Positions 21,629 through 33,522 of a DNA stretch of 64,000 nt are shown piece after piece. Numbering within the stretch: position 1 is the first letter of the stretch; each line of letters begins with the position of its first letter. Made by a program: the position numbers and the translations under genes. The stretch spans positions 636,619 to 700,618 of the forward strand of contig JAKMXF010000111.1 in the NCBI GenBank assembly GCA_024704765.1, read 5' to 3'. A model generated the notes under the pieces. It searched no databases. It was not told the DNA's origin and worked only from the letters and a program-made list of their open reading frames with translations. The stretch is from Oopsacas minuta. Taxonomy: Eukaryota; Animalia; Porifera.

Positions 21629-24112
21629 TTAGCTAAGAGTGAAATTAGTATTCTCTATTACAAGCTGTTCCTCTTTCTTTATTTCCAGCTGTTCCTCTTT
21701 CTTTATTTCCAGCTGTTCCTCTTTCTTTATTTCCAGCTGTTCCTCTTTATTTATTTCCAGCTGCTCCTCTTTCTTTATTTCCAGCTGTTCCTCTATATTT
21801 ATTCCCAGCTGTTCCTCTATCTCTGTATTTTCATTATTAGAATTATTATCCTCTGTCGTTATGAACTCAGGAATAGTTTCTCTTACCGGTGATTCCGCTA
21901 CGAACATATCAATCTCTGACTTCACTCCTATACTGCTGGTGGAGTGCTTCTTAAACTTTTGTGAAACAGATCTCCTTGAGCTGTAAACACTAGCATTTTC
22001 CTTCAGAGTTATTTGGCTATCTCTCTGACTCATATTTCGCTTCCTGCGACGTACTTTCGTTAACAATTCTCTATTGTTAAGAATATACAATAACAAGAAC
22101 AGTAATCCCTGTGGGGTGTTCAGTATTACGAATATCCATTGGAAGAGTGAGACTGAAACGAAGAAATTTAGCACAGCTACTATCCATGGTATCCCTAAGA
22201 CCGGGACAAGTACAAATGTACCCAATGCAACCGTTCTTGCCTGCCTGAACCTCGTCATCTCTTGTATCCTAGTTCTCAAACCCATAAATATCCGAGTGAT
22301 AGCTATCACCAGTAAGAATATGTTTATAAATACTACTGTCAGTGCCGGACCAACGAAACTCCATACGGTTCCGTTTTCTGTAGACAGCCAGCAGTATTGT
22401 CCTTCTACTCCATAATTATTCCAGCGTATTCCGACTGTAATAACAACAATAGGTACTGGTAATCCCCACCCTAGTATCATAAGGTATGGATATATCTTCC
22501 TAGGAGAGAACAGTACATACAGCATGTATAGTACTAGTATAGCCTCGCATAAACTCCAAGAGAAGACAGTCAGGAAAAAGTAATGCAATATGCCCGCAAT
22601 AATTCCACAAGCAATTACATTATCTCTTGCAGTCTGTACCCCGAATATGAAGAATAGCAGAGAGATGGCTAGCGATATTGCAAAGTTTAAATGTACCATA
22701 TACAGATCTTTCTTGATTAGCGCTTTTCCTAAGCACAATAGTATAATGATGGATACTATGAGGGAAATAAGCGATACTACAGACAGTATGTATGTTACTA
22801 TGCTTATTGCTAACTGCTCGGTAGCACTCGTATCATTACCGATTGGGTTAGGATTTATAAGGACACTAAAGCTAGTGAAGTGTGACGTCATACACTCGAA
22901 GTGACCTGAGGTAACTCTCAAGCCTGTCAATCCGTCCATTGCCCACGCCCCGTCTTCTGTCTTCCAATACCCACACTTATGTGAGTAAAGCCCTGAGTTA
23001 ATTAGTTCTGTGTCACTGGCTGACTGTTTGAATTCTATCTTGACTGGTGAATTGAAATGTATTTTCTCATGCTGACCACCTACTCCTAATGTTATGAACT
23101 TTGAAGGTAGTGGCCCAGCTTTCCCCTTGTCCGTAGCTAAATTAATAATGCTGCCCAATCCTTCGCTAATCATCATCCCGATCCTCACTTCTGACTCGCC
23201 TGTCACTTCTTTAAGATAGTTTATCGTTTTTGTGTCCATTTGTATTCCTTCCCCATCAGGAGTTTTTTTATTTGGAAACTTAGCCAAGCCCTCTTCAGAA
23301 GGATTCCCAATAGGTCCTCCTATCACGTATATATTCTGCTCAGAAATTATTTGCTCGGTAGAAGCAGACCCTCCATAATCGCTTGCTATTCCATTTAGAC
23401 TATCTACTAATGTGTTTGTGAGATCAAGTGAATCAACAGCTTTTGACATGTAGCTTCTTAGATTTCGCGGATCTAATACGTTTGAACAAGTTCTGAACCA
23501 GTCACTGCCGAAACTATTTATTGCTTTATCTTTGTCCACTGTATTCTTTTGTAAAATTGATTTTTGGAGAAGTCTCAGACTACCCACAGCACATTTGAGG
23601 TTAGAAGGACTAATGAATGCACCAATGGCATTACTTGGAGGTCTAGTTGCTGTTACTAGAGCTTGTGCTAGCAGCATTCCTTCCGTTATAGGGATAGCTC
23701 CTGGATCATTCATATCTAGATTCTCTAGCTGTTGTTCTACTTGCTCAAACAGAGGATTCTTACAATTATTAAGATCCAACTCCTCCCAATTACCATCTGT
23801 ATTACACATCCGATCAATTGTCCCTTCCAAGTTGGTGCTACCACTTGAGTTGCACTCTGTCATTGCTTTCTGTCCTGTTTGTGTTTTCGGCCATTGGTAA
23901 CCCTCCTCAGTCGTTGCTTCACAATACACTTCGTATACACTACTGCTACAATATGTCCCTGTATATCCTGTATCGCATATACAGTTTATTTGCCCATTAT
24001 CTTCCAAGCAAATCCCGAAATTGCAAGTGGATTCAGTGCACTGACTATTCACTTTTATAATACAAAATATAATGCAATAAACCCCGAATACATTAACAAT
24101 GAAGGAGTTCAT
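21629..24112 (-). CDS. Adhesion GPCR (EGF, HormR, GAIN/GPS, 7TM), intronless
   Basis: Signal peptide, EGF CTESTCNFGIC...CDTGYTGTYC, HormR WPKTQTG...RMCNTDGNW, GPS CGYW...W...C.TSHFTSFSVL, family-2 7TM (LHYFFLTVFSW, GWGLPVPIV, CWLS, QGLLFLL). Confidence 0.95.
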   Translation of the reverse strand: MNSFIVNVFGVYCIIFCIIKVNSQCTESTCNFGICLEDNGQINCICDTGYTGTYCSSSVYEVYCEATTEEGYQWPKTQTGQKAMTECNSSGSTNLEGTIDRMCNTDGNWEELDLNNCKNPLFEQVEQQLENLDMNDPGAIPITEGMLLAQALVTATRPPSNAIGAFISPSNLKCAVGSLRLLQKSILQKNTVDKDKAINSFGSDWFRTCSNVLDPRNLRSYMSKAVDSLDLTNTLVDSLNGIASDYGGSASTEQIISEQNIYVIGGPIGNPSEEGLAKFPNKKTPDGEGIQMDTKTINYLKEVTGESEVRIGMMISEGLGSIINLATDKGKAGPLPSKFITLGVGGQHEKIHFNSPVKIEFKQSASDTELINSGLYSHKCGYWKTEDGAWAMDGLTGLRVTSGHFECMTSHFTSFSVLINPNPIGNDTSATEQLAISIVTYILSVVSLISLIVSIIILLCLGKALIKKDLYMVHLNFAISLAISLLFFIFGVQTARDNVIACGIIAGILHYFFLTVFSWSLCEAILVLYMLYVLFSPRKIYPYLMILGWGLPVPIVVITVGIRWNNYGVEGQYCWLSTENGTVWSFVGPALTVVFINIFLLVIAITRIFMGLRTRIQEMTRFRQARTVALGTFVLVPVLGIPWIVAVLNFFVSVSLFQWIFVILNTPQGLLFLLLYILNNRELLTKVRRRKRNMSQRDSQITLKENASVYSSRRSVSQKFKKHSTSSIGVKSEIDMFVAESPVRETIPEFITTEDNNSNNENTEIEEQLGINIEEQLEIKKEEQLEINKEEQLEIKKEEQLEIKKEEQLEIKKEEQLVIENTNFTLS
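21661..21822. repeat. 24-bp coding tandem repeat, ~7 units encoding EEQLEIKK in the adhesion GPCR tail
   Basis: Unit ccagctgttcctctttctttattt repeats with period 24. Confidence 0.95.
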
Positions 24113-24317
24113 ACTCTAGCAAATTCTCTCTTTTTAAGTTCATATCAGATATTATATATCTTATTCATAATCCTTACATGGGTGATTTAATACTCTCCTC
24201 CTCTCTCTGTCTCGTGATATTGCTATTCACTGGTTAAGTAAGATATATTTCATACTTATTTCATAATTGTAATGCGAGTAGCATTACGATTTACTTATTA
24301 GTTTTGTAGCTTATATT

Positions 24318-25234
24318 ATGTCAGATAGCAATGATTATTGTATGCCAGCTTATAACAGATTTGTAGTAAAGAAACGGAAAAAGAGATCTATTAGAAATAT
24401 ACAGAGTCCTACTAGTCCTTTGAAATTACAGATTAAGTTAGATTCTCCTTCAAAAAGTCCTTCTGGTTATTTTGAATCTCCATACACTTCAGATAGTGAT
24501 TCTTTACGCCCGTCGGACTTAGACACTGACTCTAGTGGTTCCTACCCCACCCCCTCTCTGGAGGTGACAATCCCTAGATACATCTATGACATGTGTCAAG
24601 AAGATGTCGATGTGTCAACTGATGACAGGCTTGACACTGAATCACCTTCCGCCAGTCCATATAATCAGGTAGCCTAAGAGTTATACAAACTATAACTGAT
24701 ATTCTGAATAAGTAATTCTTGTAGCTGAGAATAAGACAGACACAGACAGGAGGCCTAACAGTACGACAGAGAGCTCTAGTGGGTATAGCAGATAGCCAAC
24801 TGTTGGAACTACCTTACTATAATAAGCCTAAAGAATTAACCGAAGAGATGAGAGCTAAAAAGGCAGAAGTTGCCCTACAGAGAAGAATACAGAATCAAAG
24901 GCAACAAGAAATAAACAAAAGAGAAACAATTAAGAGACTCTTAACAAGACAAACTCATGTTAAAAAAAAGGATGATGACAGAAAGCTCTCTCGCTATAAT
25001 CCCAATATATCATATGTAACATACGTAAACAATAAGGATGGTATTTCTATCACTTATCCCAGCTCTGTAGATATAAACCTGAATACACGTATTTCACCAG
25101 ATAGACATAGAGAAATAGCTACATGTGCTGTACCTGATTGTAATACAATCAGTAAGTATAGAGATCCTAGCACACAGCTCCCATACTGTACCCTGGAGTG
25201 CTATAAATCACTCAAACATATGGTACCTACATAA
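24318..25234 (+). CDS. INO80B: INO80 complex subunit B (Ies2/PAPA-1 plus zf-HIT), exons 24318-24668 and 24725-25234
   Basis: LTVRQRAL, ELTEEMRAKKAE...KRETIKRLL, zf-HIT CAVPDC..KYRDPSTQLPYCTLECYK; in-frame GT-AG intron. Confidence 0.88.
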
Positions 25235-25528
25235 TCCTGTTAACAGTCTGTGTTATAATTTGAATGAAAAGAAATAGGAGACGATTGATGTCAATTTCTA
25301 TAATCAATACACGATATACGGTTATTACTATATTCAATTCTTACCATGGCTATCTTACTGTTGGAATGTAGTTAACCATCAACCACTCTGTTGCTAATTG
25401 ACTGCTCTGACAGTAAAAGCTTTCGAGAGCAAAACACCACATTGCATCAATAGCTCAGCTATATAGGGAATTCTGCAAGATTAAATCTAACTGTTCATTT
25501 TATCATTTCCCTTTTAGCAATATTATCA

Positions 25529-28500
25529 ATGTCTAGCGAAGCATACAATCAGGAGTGGCTTCGTGCACAGGAAGATACGAATGCTCTCCTGGAATCTGAG
25601 TTCCCTCAACAGCAGCCGAAACCTGAGAAAGATCGCATGCGTATGTTGAAGCATTTCTCTACTATGTACATCAAGTATGTGTTGGTTTATCGGCGATTAG
25701 AAAACTGTTATGACCAGGTGTTCCATCCGCAGAAGAGAAGGCTGCTAAGAACAACTTTAGAAGCCACAATTGGCAGGATCTTAGAGCTGAAACATGAAAT
25801 GATAGCGTTGGATTTCTCTGAGTATCATTACTTCGATGACTTGCTTCTCTCAATGAAGCTTACTCCTCAAGACATTGATCTACCTATACCAAGGTATATG
25901 ATGTATTTTATTGGTGATATTCGTATTCATGTATTTAGATCGTATTTAGATTCTTTCAAGAAGATACAGCAAATGAATTCAAAGATAGAGAGAAACTATT
26001 AGGCAGTATCATAGCACAGATAGGACCCTTAGATCAAGAAGGTAATAGTGATACTTCTGCTCAGCTGAGTTCAGAGGAGGCTGTGAGACTGCTTAAGGTA
26101 CATGAGAGGGCTAGACAGGGGAGGCTACGTCTCGGTCTGATGAAAGAGATCAGAGCCCGTGAGGAGAGAGAGCGACTAGCTACCCGAGAGAGAGGGAGCA
26201 TCATGCCTCCTTTCCAAGCTGCTCAACAAATTCAACGTTTCTGGAAAGGTTACATAACTCGTAAGAAAACTCAGGAGTTGCGTCGGCAAGAGCTAGAGTT
26301 CATTGGCATGGTTCCTCCTAAGCAAGATCCAACCAAACCATCATTAACTTCTCAGGTAAATTGTATACCTCTAAAAATATTTCAATATCCTGACAGTAGC
26401 CCTTATAATGCACTGTACAGCTTGAGTATATTGCTATACTCTCTGCTGCCATATTAGATTAATTCAAGTTAATAGTATTGCTAAAGCTTTTAAGCTCAAT
26501 CTACATGTTATGCAGTTTTTCGTTTGATATTTTCACAGTTCCTAATAATATCAATAAAGAAGCTCATATTTTGCTATGAACTAATTCTTTCTAGTATCAT
26601 TTACCCATCACTTTATACTCAGTGTTAGCCAGACTGGTTAATTAAACACAAATTCACATTATTTGTTAAATAACAACTTTCTTCTACCAACTTAATATGA
26701 TTTCTGAGTGTCATTAGGAATATATCAGGAAGTTGTGGTAGTTTAGAGTCAGCAGGAATACATGCATATTTGGTAGTAAATCGTCAATTGAAATTCTTTT
26801 TAGTAGTCTCTACTTGTAGAGATGTTTTCTCTTGTATCCTATAGAGATTATGTACGTGCCTTTGGGTACACATAAGTTTGGTTACGATTAGCTAAATCAG
26901 TCTAACCTCTCCTTGAAACAAGCCAGATTTAACCTCATTTAGAGAATTGAATCACTAATCATCTCCACTGACCTCAATATTCTCGAAAACTTACTTGAAG
27001 GTTTCAAAATTACCTCATCATTCGAAAACTTCTTGATTTATCAGGCTTCTGGCGTTTGCTGTCTATTGTTTTGACCCCTACTATTCCATGAACGTCTCTT
27101 CTCTTCCAGCTACGATGAGTTTATGTTTTATTTAATAACCAGCTGCCCAATGTGTCGTTAATAATTGCAAAGTCAAAATATTTGCTTTCAATCTACTCTC
27201 GATCTCAGGCCAAAATTGAGATACGATTAGAATTTGATATGTATGAACTGACAATTCCCTTGACCCGAAAAGGACCTGCATTATCTCAACTAATCGTTAA
27301 AACTTGATGGGATTTCTTTAACAGAATTGCAATTCTTCTGCGAATTGAGTAGCTCTTACATAGCTAATAACGCTAAATATTTCGAATTCCTCTATTCTGT
27401 GAATAGTAGTGTGACTGAATAATTATACTTTGAATAATCTTGCAAGCCATCTGAATTCTAAATTCAAATGCCTGTTATTCTATAGTAATATGAATGTGTA
27501 TGTAAATGAAGATTTTATTTCTAATCTTTTATAGATCGAAAAGATAAGAAATAAACGTAAAACAACTCAGCACCAGAATGAGAAGGATTACATAGAAGCA
27601 CTTGATAGTGTTAAGGATCGTCTGAAGGAGACAGAGGGCCCAGACATGAAGGAACAAATGATGGATCAGATCAGACAATGGTTCATTGACGTCAGAGATT
27701 CTACTGGAAAATTTCCAGAATATCCAGATGATGATGATGGAGGTTCTACTAAGATATTTAAGGAGCAGGTTATAGGGGAAGTAGCAGAACAGCCAGAGAA
27801 GAAAGGGAAGAAGGGGAAAAAGGGAAAGAAGGGAAAGGACAAGAAAGAAAAGAAAGAGAAGAAAGAGAAAGGCAAGAAAGGAAAGGAAAAGAAAGGAGAC
27901 GATGAACCAGAAGGGTTTGTTATGAAACCGTCTAACTTCGCTCCAGCACTCCAAGCAGATTCCATTCAGTATGCAGGAGTCTGGCAAGGGAGAGATGAAT
28001 GTTCTAATTTTTCACAAAAACATGATGCAGAGCTAATAAAGGAGAAGAAACGTATTGAAGTAGAGGATGAGATTAGAGTACAAGTAGATGGACTGATGAG
28101 AGAAGAGTTGAAGAATTTAAAATTTGCAGTGGAGAAAGATAAAGGAGGGAAGGGTAAAAAAGCCAAAGGGAAGAAGGGAAAGAAAGGAAAAGGCAAAGGC
28201 AAAGGCAAAGGGAAAGGAAAGAAAGGCAAGAAAGAGAAGGATCTTACTCCAGACCGTACTATCGATTCGCTATACCAGGAACTAGCACAAGCTGGGATCA
28301 TTATTAAATACCGAAAGACTAGACTGAGCGAGTATGTTGGAAATATTAACTATCTGGCTACTACATTAAGAGAACTTAACCACGAGCCCATGCCATCACT
28401 TGGAGAGGTACGACGTGTTATAACTGAGTATTGTATTCTACCAATGGGATCACAGGCCATACATGAACAGGCCCCTCATGTTAAATCTGTTATGATTGGA

Positions 28501-29640
28501 GGTCCAGTAGGGACCGGAAAGAAGACACTACTCTATTCAATTTGCACTGAAACACAGGCAAACTTGTTTGATATTAGCCCACTTAACTTGATGGGGAAAT
28601 ACACAGGTAAGCAATCTACCACACTGCTAGTACATATGGTATGGAAAGTCGCTAGAGCTCTTCCCCCCTCTGTCGTTTGGATTGGAGATTGTGAGAAAAC
28701 ATTCATGAAGAAAGTACCGAAAACTGATTTATCAGATCCTAAACGCCTCAAGAAGGACATCACTAAATCATTAAAACTTTTAAAACAAGAACATCGTGTC
28801 CTTGTTCTGGGTACAAGTAAATTTCCATTTGATGCAGAAGTGAAGTTGTTCTGTGGATTTTATCAACGATTAATTCTCCTTCCAAGACCTGACTATGCAT
28901 CACGGTAAGCAGTTTGATAAACTTACAATAATCTGGCACTAATGAGGTAGACTTATTTAAGGGGAAATGCTTGCTTATCATCATTAAGAGAGCGAATAAA
29001 TTTATGCTTGCTTATCATCATTAAGAGAGCGAATAAATTTATGCTTGCTTATCAGCAGAATTTCTATTTTTACTAATCAGCTCCATTCGAGACAATCTGG
29101 GAATTCTATGTATAATATTCTAGGTTTCTGTTATCGAATACAAGTTATACAGATTTATGTTGATTGGTTGGCTATTTGTTGCATTGCATTAATTAGACCA
29201 CCCACACTCATCCTTCCTCTGTCTGTTATTTATACTCTCAAATAGTTATGCCTTATATTGTGTCTTTGTTTAGTTTGGATATATGGAAGTATTTAGTGGA
29301 GAAGATGGAAGGTCGGCTTACAGATCCGAATACTGACTACACGACTCTAGCTCGGGTCTCCGATGGTTTCACACCCGGTCACTTCCATTTCGCCCTCAAG
29401 ACCGTCCTCACAGACCGACGTCTCGCTCAGATGCACAGACGTCCTCTAACTGTGAGTGAATTGGTCGCCCCCCTCTCCAAGGTCCAGCATATAGATGTCG
29501 CACAAGAGCAGCAGTTTAAAGATTGGTACGGTAAGACCCCTCTTGGTAAAAAGAGGTCCAAGCTTGCTAAAGGAGACGATGATGATTCGGGCGGTAAGAA
29601 AGGTAAGGGAAAAGGCAAGAAGAAGGGTAAGAAGAAATAA
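25529..29640 (+). CDS. IQCA1: IQ and AAA domain protein / dynein regulatory complex DRC11, exons 25529-25893, 25950-26355, 27535-28904, 29274-29640
   Basis: YDQVFHPQKRRLL, IQ motif IQRFWKGYITRK, KKGK-rich tracts, DLTPDRTIDSLYQEL, AAA GPVGTGKK, LPRPDYASR, C-terminal WYGKTPLGKKR. Confidence 0.93.
28967..29054. repeat. 37-bp tandem duplication (about 2.4 units) in IQCA1 intron 3
   Basis: atgcttgcttatcatcattaagagagcgaataaattt occurs twice exactly, plus a 14-bp partial copy. Confidence 0.95.
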
Positions 29641-30160
29641 AAATGTTTCCTCCCTTTGATTCCCTCATTTATCGAACTTATACTCATACTAAACTATTAT
29701 AATATGCAGAGTGTGCTCTCTAGACTCACGGCTATCTAAGAACATATGTTTTCATAAATTCGACAATATGAACAAATGTTCGCAATTATTGTCGCTGCCA
29801 TTGTGACAGTTGGTTAACGGTGTCAAAGTATTTAGTAATGTTCATTGCGATTAATTTGGTTTCACTAAAAAATATGTTGGAATTAGTATTCTCCTTCAAA
29901 TCGACTTCTAGCAATTAGCTTTTGGCCAGAAATTCACAATAATGTGATAAAACGTTATAAAGTTACAACTAAACCCTTAAAACTGATACTCTAATATAGA
30001 TAGCTAAATTCTCCGTATTCCAGCAAGCAAGTTTTCCGTTGACTTGAACTTTACCATCAGTTTATAGAATATACCACAAGGTTACTTCCACTTAGGTATT
30101 ACTTACCACCATTTTAACACAATTTTTCATACTTTTATGATAGTCTTTTGACAGCAGAGC

Positions 30161-31999
30161 ATGGATTTACTTTGCATGAATACTACTAACGCCATGAACC
30201 AGACCGTTCTTGAATGCTCCACCAGATGCAATGTATCCGTGTTTGAAGGTGTAGAAAGAGATGTAGGAAAAGGCTTTACCTTGTTTATCGTTGGGATTTT
30301 AGGCTTGATAGGAAATATCTTTACAATAGCGCTAATATTCAGCTTCAAGAAAAGACATGTTCCAGATATCCTCGTACTATCCCTTGCCTTCAATGACATC
30401 TACTCTGTATTGTTTCCTATCCTCATTGCTTTAGTCGTATACTTCTATCCACTCAGACTCCCTCAGGGCCATTGGAGCTGTGAACTAATGACACTACTAT
30501 CTCTCCTATCCAGGATTATGTCCATGTTTCTACATACGTTAATAGCGATAGATCGTTTCCTTGCCATTGCAAGACCGTTACAATATCGCCGTATAATAAA
30601 GCCTATCACTGCCATGATAATAATTGTTGTATTCTTCGTGATTTCACTACTAATATCGTTAATTCCTTGGATTTATGACGCTACTCTTGATGCTGAAGAT
30701 CCATCACAATGTCTCCAACACCAATCCATTTCTATTCTTAACATTTGTATCTTCGACTACGCCAAATGGTACTCGATAATTATCTTGGTTCTGGGCTGGG
30801 GCCAGATGATGTTGTTCTTTGTCGTATTTGTTACAACAGTTACGATAGCTCTCAGGTATTATTACAAGAGGACTCGGCTCTTGAAAGGGAACGACAGAAT
30901 ATTACAGGAGTCTCTGAATGCAAGTAGCATCTCTAGGAAGGATTCTAAGAAAGAGACTAAAATCCTGAAACATATCACTAAACTTGGAAGCAAAATGAAG
31001 GAGCGGAAATTGACAGAATGGCTCTGGCTGGAGTTTAGTTTTGAAATACAGTTTGTACGAATGTTGTTCATTCTCTCCATCCTCTTCTACTTAACCTGGG
31101 CTCCATCTCTGATTATCATTACATACGTACTGATAGGCTACTGGAATACAGTTAGCTTGAGGCCAGATGAGCTGATATTCTGGGGAATCAGAATATCTGT
31201 GTTAAACATTGCACTCAACCCGATCATTTATGCAATATTCTCTACACAGTATCGTAATGCTTACTGGTACGCTATAAAGAAGTATCTCTTCTGTTGCTGT
31301 AAGAAATACTTCTCTGAAGATAAGATAAGTCCGTTTGACAGAGACGAGAGGCGGAGGCAGAAGAAGCACCAGTATCTATCAGGAATGTCCAATGTTTCTG
31401 GTGAACTTGAGTCTGATAGTCCGCCGCAGAACTTCACGCGTGGTGCTCAGGCACCAGGATTGGCTACTATTTCTGAGAACAGCTTACCTAAGACTACGGG
31501 AGGCTTTATATCTGAAGATGAGAAGCCATTTCTACCTTCATATCTGTCCAAGAAAGGCAGAGCTATTAGATTTGAAGACGAGAATTCTAGCTGCAAAACA
31601 CAGGACACACAAGAGACTTCTAGCTCTCTTGTTCTTCCTCCCCTTACCCCAGACGATAAGAGGATTAAGACTGGGGCATTCGCAACGGAAGAGGGCGTAT
31701 CTATGTTAGCTATCAAGAGACAGATCTTTGAGGGTTTTACCGTTCAACCCAGACAACCACTGCCTAAGGCCCGGGGTAGGATGACTAAGTTATTGACTGA
31801 AAAGCCTAAACATAAAACAGTGAGAGTGAAAGGAGAGAGTGTGTTAGAAACATCTCAGCAGCAGAAACGAAAAATTCATAAGACAATGCCACAGATCTAT
31901 GCCAGTCCTTACATTGAAGAAACTGACCAACTTTCTCCACCCAAGTTAGATCGGTTAACTTCTCTCCGCCATAAGAGGCCAATTCTTAACCTCAAATAA
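30161..31999 (+). CDS. Rhodopsin-family (class A) GPCR with long C-terminal tail, intronless
   Basis: GN in TM1, LAFND in TM2, IDRF, TM6 FYLTWAP, NPIIY. Confidence 0.93.
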   Translation: MDLLCMNTTNAMNQTVLECSTRCNVSVFEGVERDVGKGFTLFIVGILGLIGNIFTIALIFSFKKRHVPDILVLSLAFNDIYSVLFPILIALVVYFYPLRLPQGHWSCELMTLLSLLSRIMSMFLHTLIAIDRFLAIARPLQYRRIIKPITAMIIIVVFFVISLLISLIPWIYDATLDAEDPSQCLQHQSISILNICIFDYAKWYSIIILVLGWGQMMLFFVVFVTTVTIALRYYYKRTRLLKGNDRILQESLNASSISRKDSKKETKILKHITKLGSKMKERKLTEWLWLEFSFEIQFVRMLFILSILFYLTWAPSLIIITYVLIGYWNTVSLRPDELIFWGIRISVLNIALNPIIYAIFSTQYRNAYWYAIKKYLFCCCKKYFSEDKISPFDRDERRRQKKHQYLSGMSNVSGELESDSPPQNFTRGAQAPGLATISENSLPKTTGGFISEDEKPFLPSYLSKKGRAIRFEDENSSCKTQDTQETSSSLVLPPLTPDDKRIKTGAFATEEGVSMLAIKRQIFEGFTVQPRQPLPKARGRMTKLLTEKPKHKTVRVKGESVLETSQQQKRKIHKTMPQIYASPYIEETDQLSPPKLDRLTSLRHKRPILNLK

Positions 32000-32529
32000 T
32001 CCTTTCTCACTATTTCTTATTCAACAATTTTTACTTATCTACTAATATTTATATTTAATTACTATTTACTATAAATGGCTTTGAGTTCGATTTATTTTTC
32101 ACTAATCAGGGCTCTCGCGAAAACTATGTCTCCAACTAAGTGCATGTTATTCATATAATGTACATGTATAATATAATGTTGGTAGGGTTTGAACCATATT
32201 GTCTCGTGTCAGTACAATATCACAATTGGAAGTACACCCAAAATCTCTATTATTCCAACTGAATTATCGTTAACTTGTATGTACGACCGATATGGAATAG
32301 CCAGACTTTGTTTTTCGAAGTATCTGTCATTTTTATTTATCTTCAATAGCGTATCTACCTTACGTAGTTGTAAAAATTTATGGAAGTTCAACAAGCAACT
32401 GAATTAATATCTACACACTGATTTACTCACGAGTACTTGTTAGTTAGTAATAGTTAATTCATTGCGTCAGTAATTATTATTTATTGAATGTAATAAACAC
32501 ATTAGTGATTAGCTAGTCAATTCTACGAC

Positions 32530-33051
32530 ATGTTCTACAAGATAATTCTAGATCATGAGATTCTATTACATCCGAAATACTTTGGTCCGGACATCAAGGA
32601 GGTTATGAGAAAGAAGTTATACTCCGAGGTGGAAGGCTCTTGTTCTGGGAAATATGGATTCGTGATAGCAGTGACCCGTATTTTCGATAATCAAGAACCA
32701 GGCCTCCTTCAGCCTGGGAGAGGGTTTGTAGTGTTTAAACTGAAATATGAAGCTGTTGTATTCCGTCCTATTAAAGGAGAGGTTTTAGAAGCGATTGTAA
32801 CACAAGTTAATAAAGTTGGACTTTTCACTCAAATAGGTCCTTTGAATTGTTTCGTATCAAAACATTGTATACCCACTGAAGTGAAGTTTGATCAGAATAC
32901 AAACCCTCCCTGTTACAGGAACGATGACGGAGATACGACCATACAGGAGGGCAGCTGTATCCGTCTTAGAATAGTTGGTACTCGTGTTAACGCTATGGAT
33001 ATTTTTGCTATTGGTTCACTAATGGAGGATTATTTGGGTGGCATTAGTTGA
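32530..33051 (+). CDS. POLR2G: RNA polymerase II subunit RPB7
   Basis: [59 protein letters not shown]. Confidence 0.97.
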   Translation: MFYKIILDHEILLHPKYFGPDIKEVMRKKLYSEVEGSCSGKYGFVIAVTRIFDNQEPGLLQPGRGFVVFKLKYEAVVFRPIKGEVLEAIVTQVNKVGLFTQIGPLNCFVSKHCIPTEVKFDQNTNPPCYRNDDGDTTIQEGSCIRLRIVGTRVNAMDIFAIGSLMEDYLGGIS

Positions 33052-33522
33052 TATATTTCTCAGGCAGAGTAAGCTATTCAGATGCATGCATGCAAGCTTT
33101 ATATTTTATGTGTTTTCATTGTGAATGTCACCAATTATCTGGTCAATAGCTATAACTGAACTGTGTCACTAGATGTGTCCACTAATCAGAAATAGATTAT
33201 TTTAGAAATATCAAAATAAATTCCATAACATATTGGAATAATTTGCATTGTATTTTTCGGTTTAACAACAGCATGTAGAACACGCTACCAAATCTAGTTT
33301 AGTAAACTAATCATTTTCTTACTTACACCTTCCATACAATAATCACACTGTTATATAATTAATATGTTTTAATATATTTTTGTATTTCAAATCATACAAA
33401 CTCTTAAAACACTAAAAGCTTTAATAAAAATATACACTTATATGGAATTGTTGTACAAATGAGTTTTGGTTGTTAAAATTGGGGATTGCTAGACGTTTGG
33501 TTGGGAAACTAGTAGTGATTCC

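Noticed and set aside
21639-24190. Plus-strand ORFs opposite the adhesion GPCR, and similar antisense ORFs opposite IQCA1, MCM5, CCDC157, RGP1 and RANBP3
   Set aside because: Shadow frames of real genes, often low complexity from repeats or K/E-rich coding; no family motifs.
27790-28240. Purine-rich AAG/GGA tracts as a satellite
   Set aside because: They encode the Lys/Gly-rich linkers normal for IQCA1.
28967-29054. 37-bp repeat as a CRISPR array
   Set aside because: The units are directly adjacent with no spacers, there are no cas genes, and the context is a eukaryotic intron.
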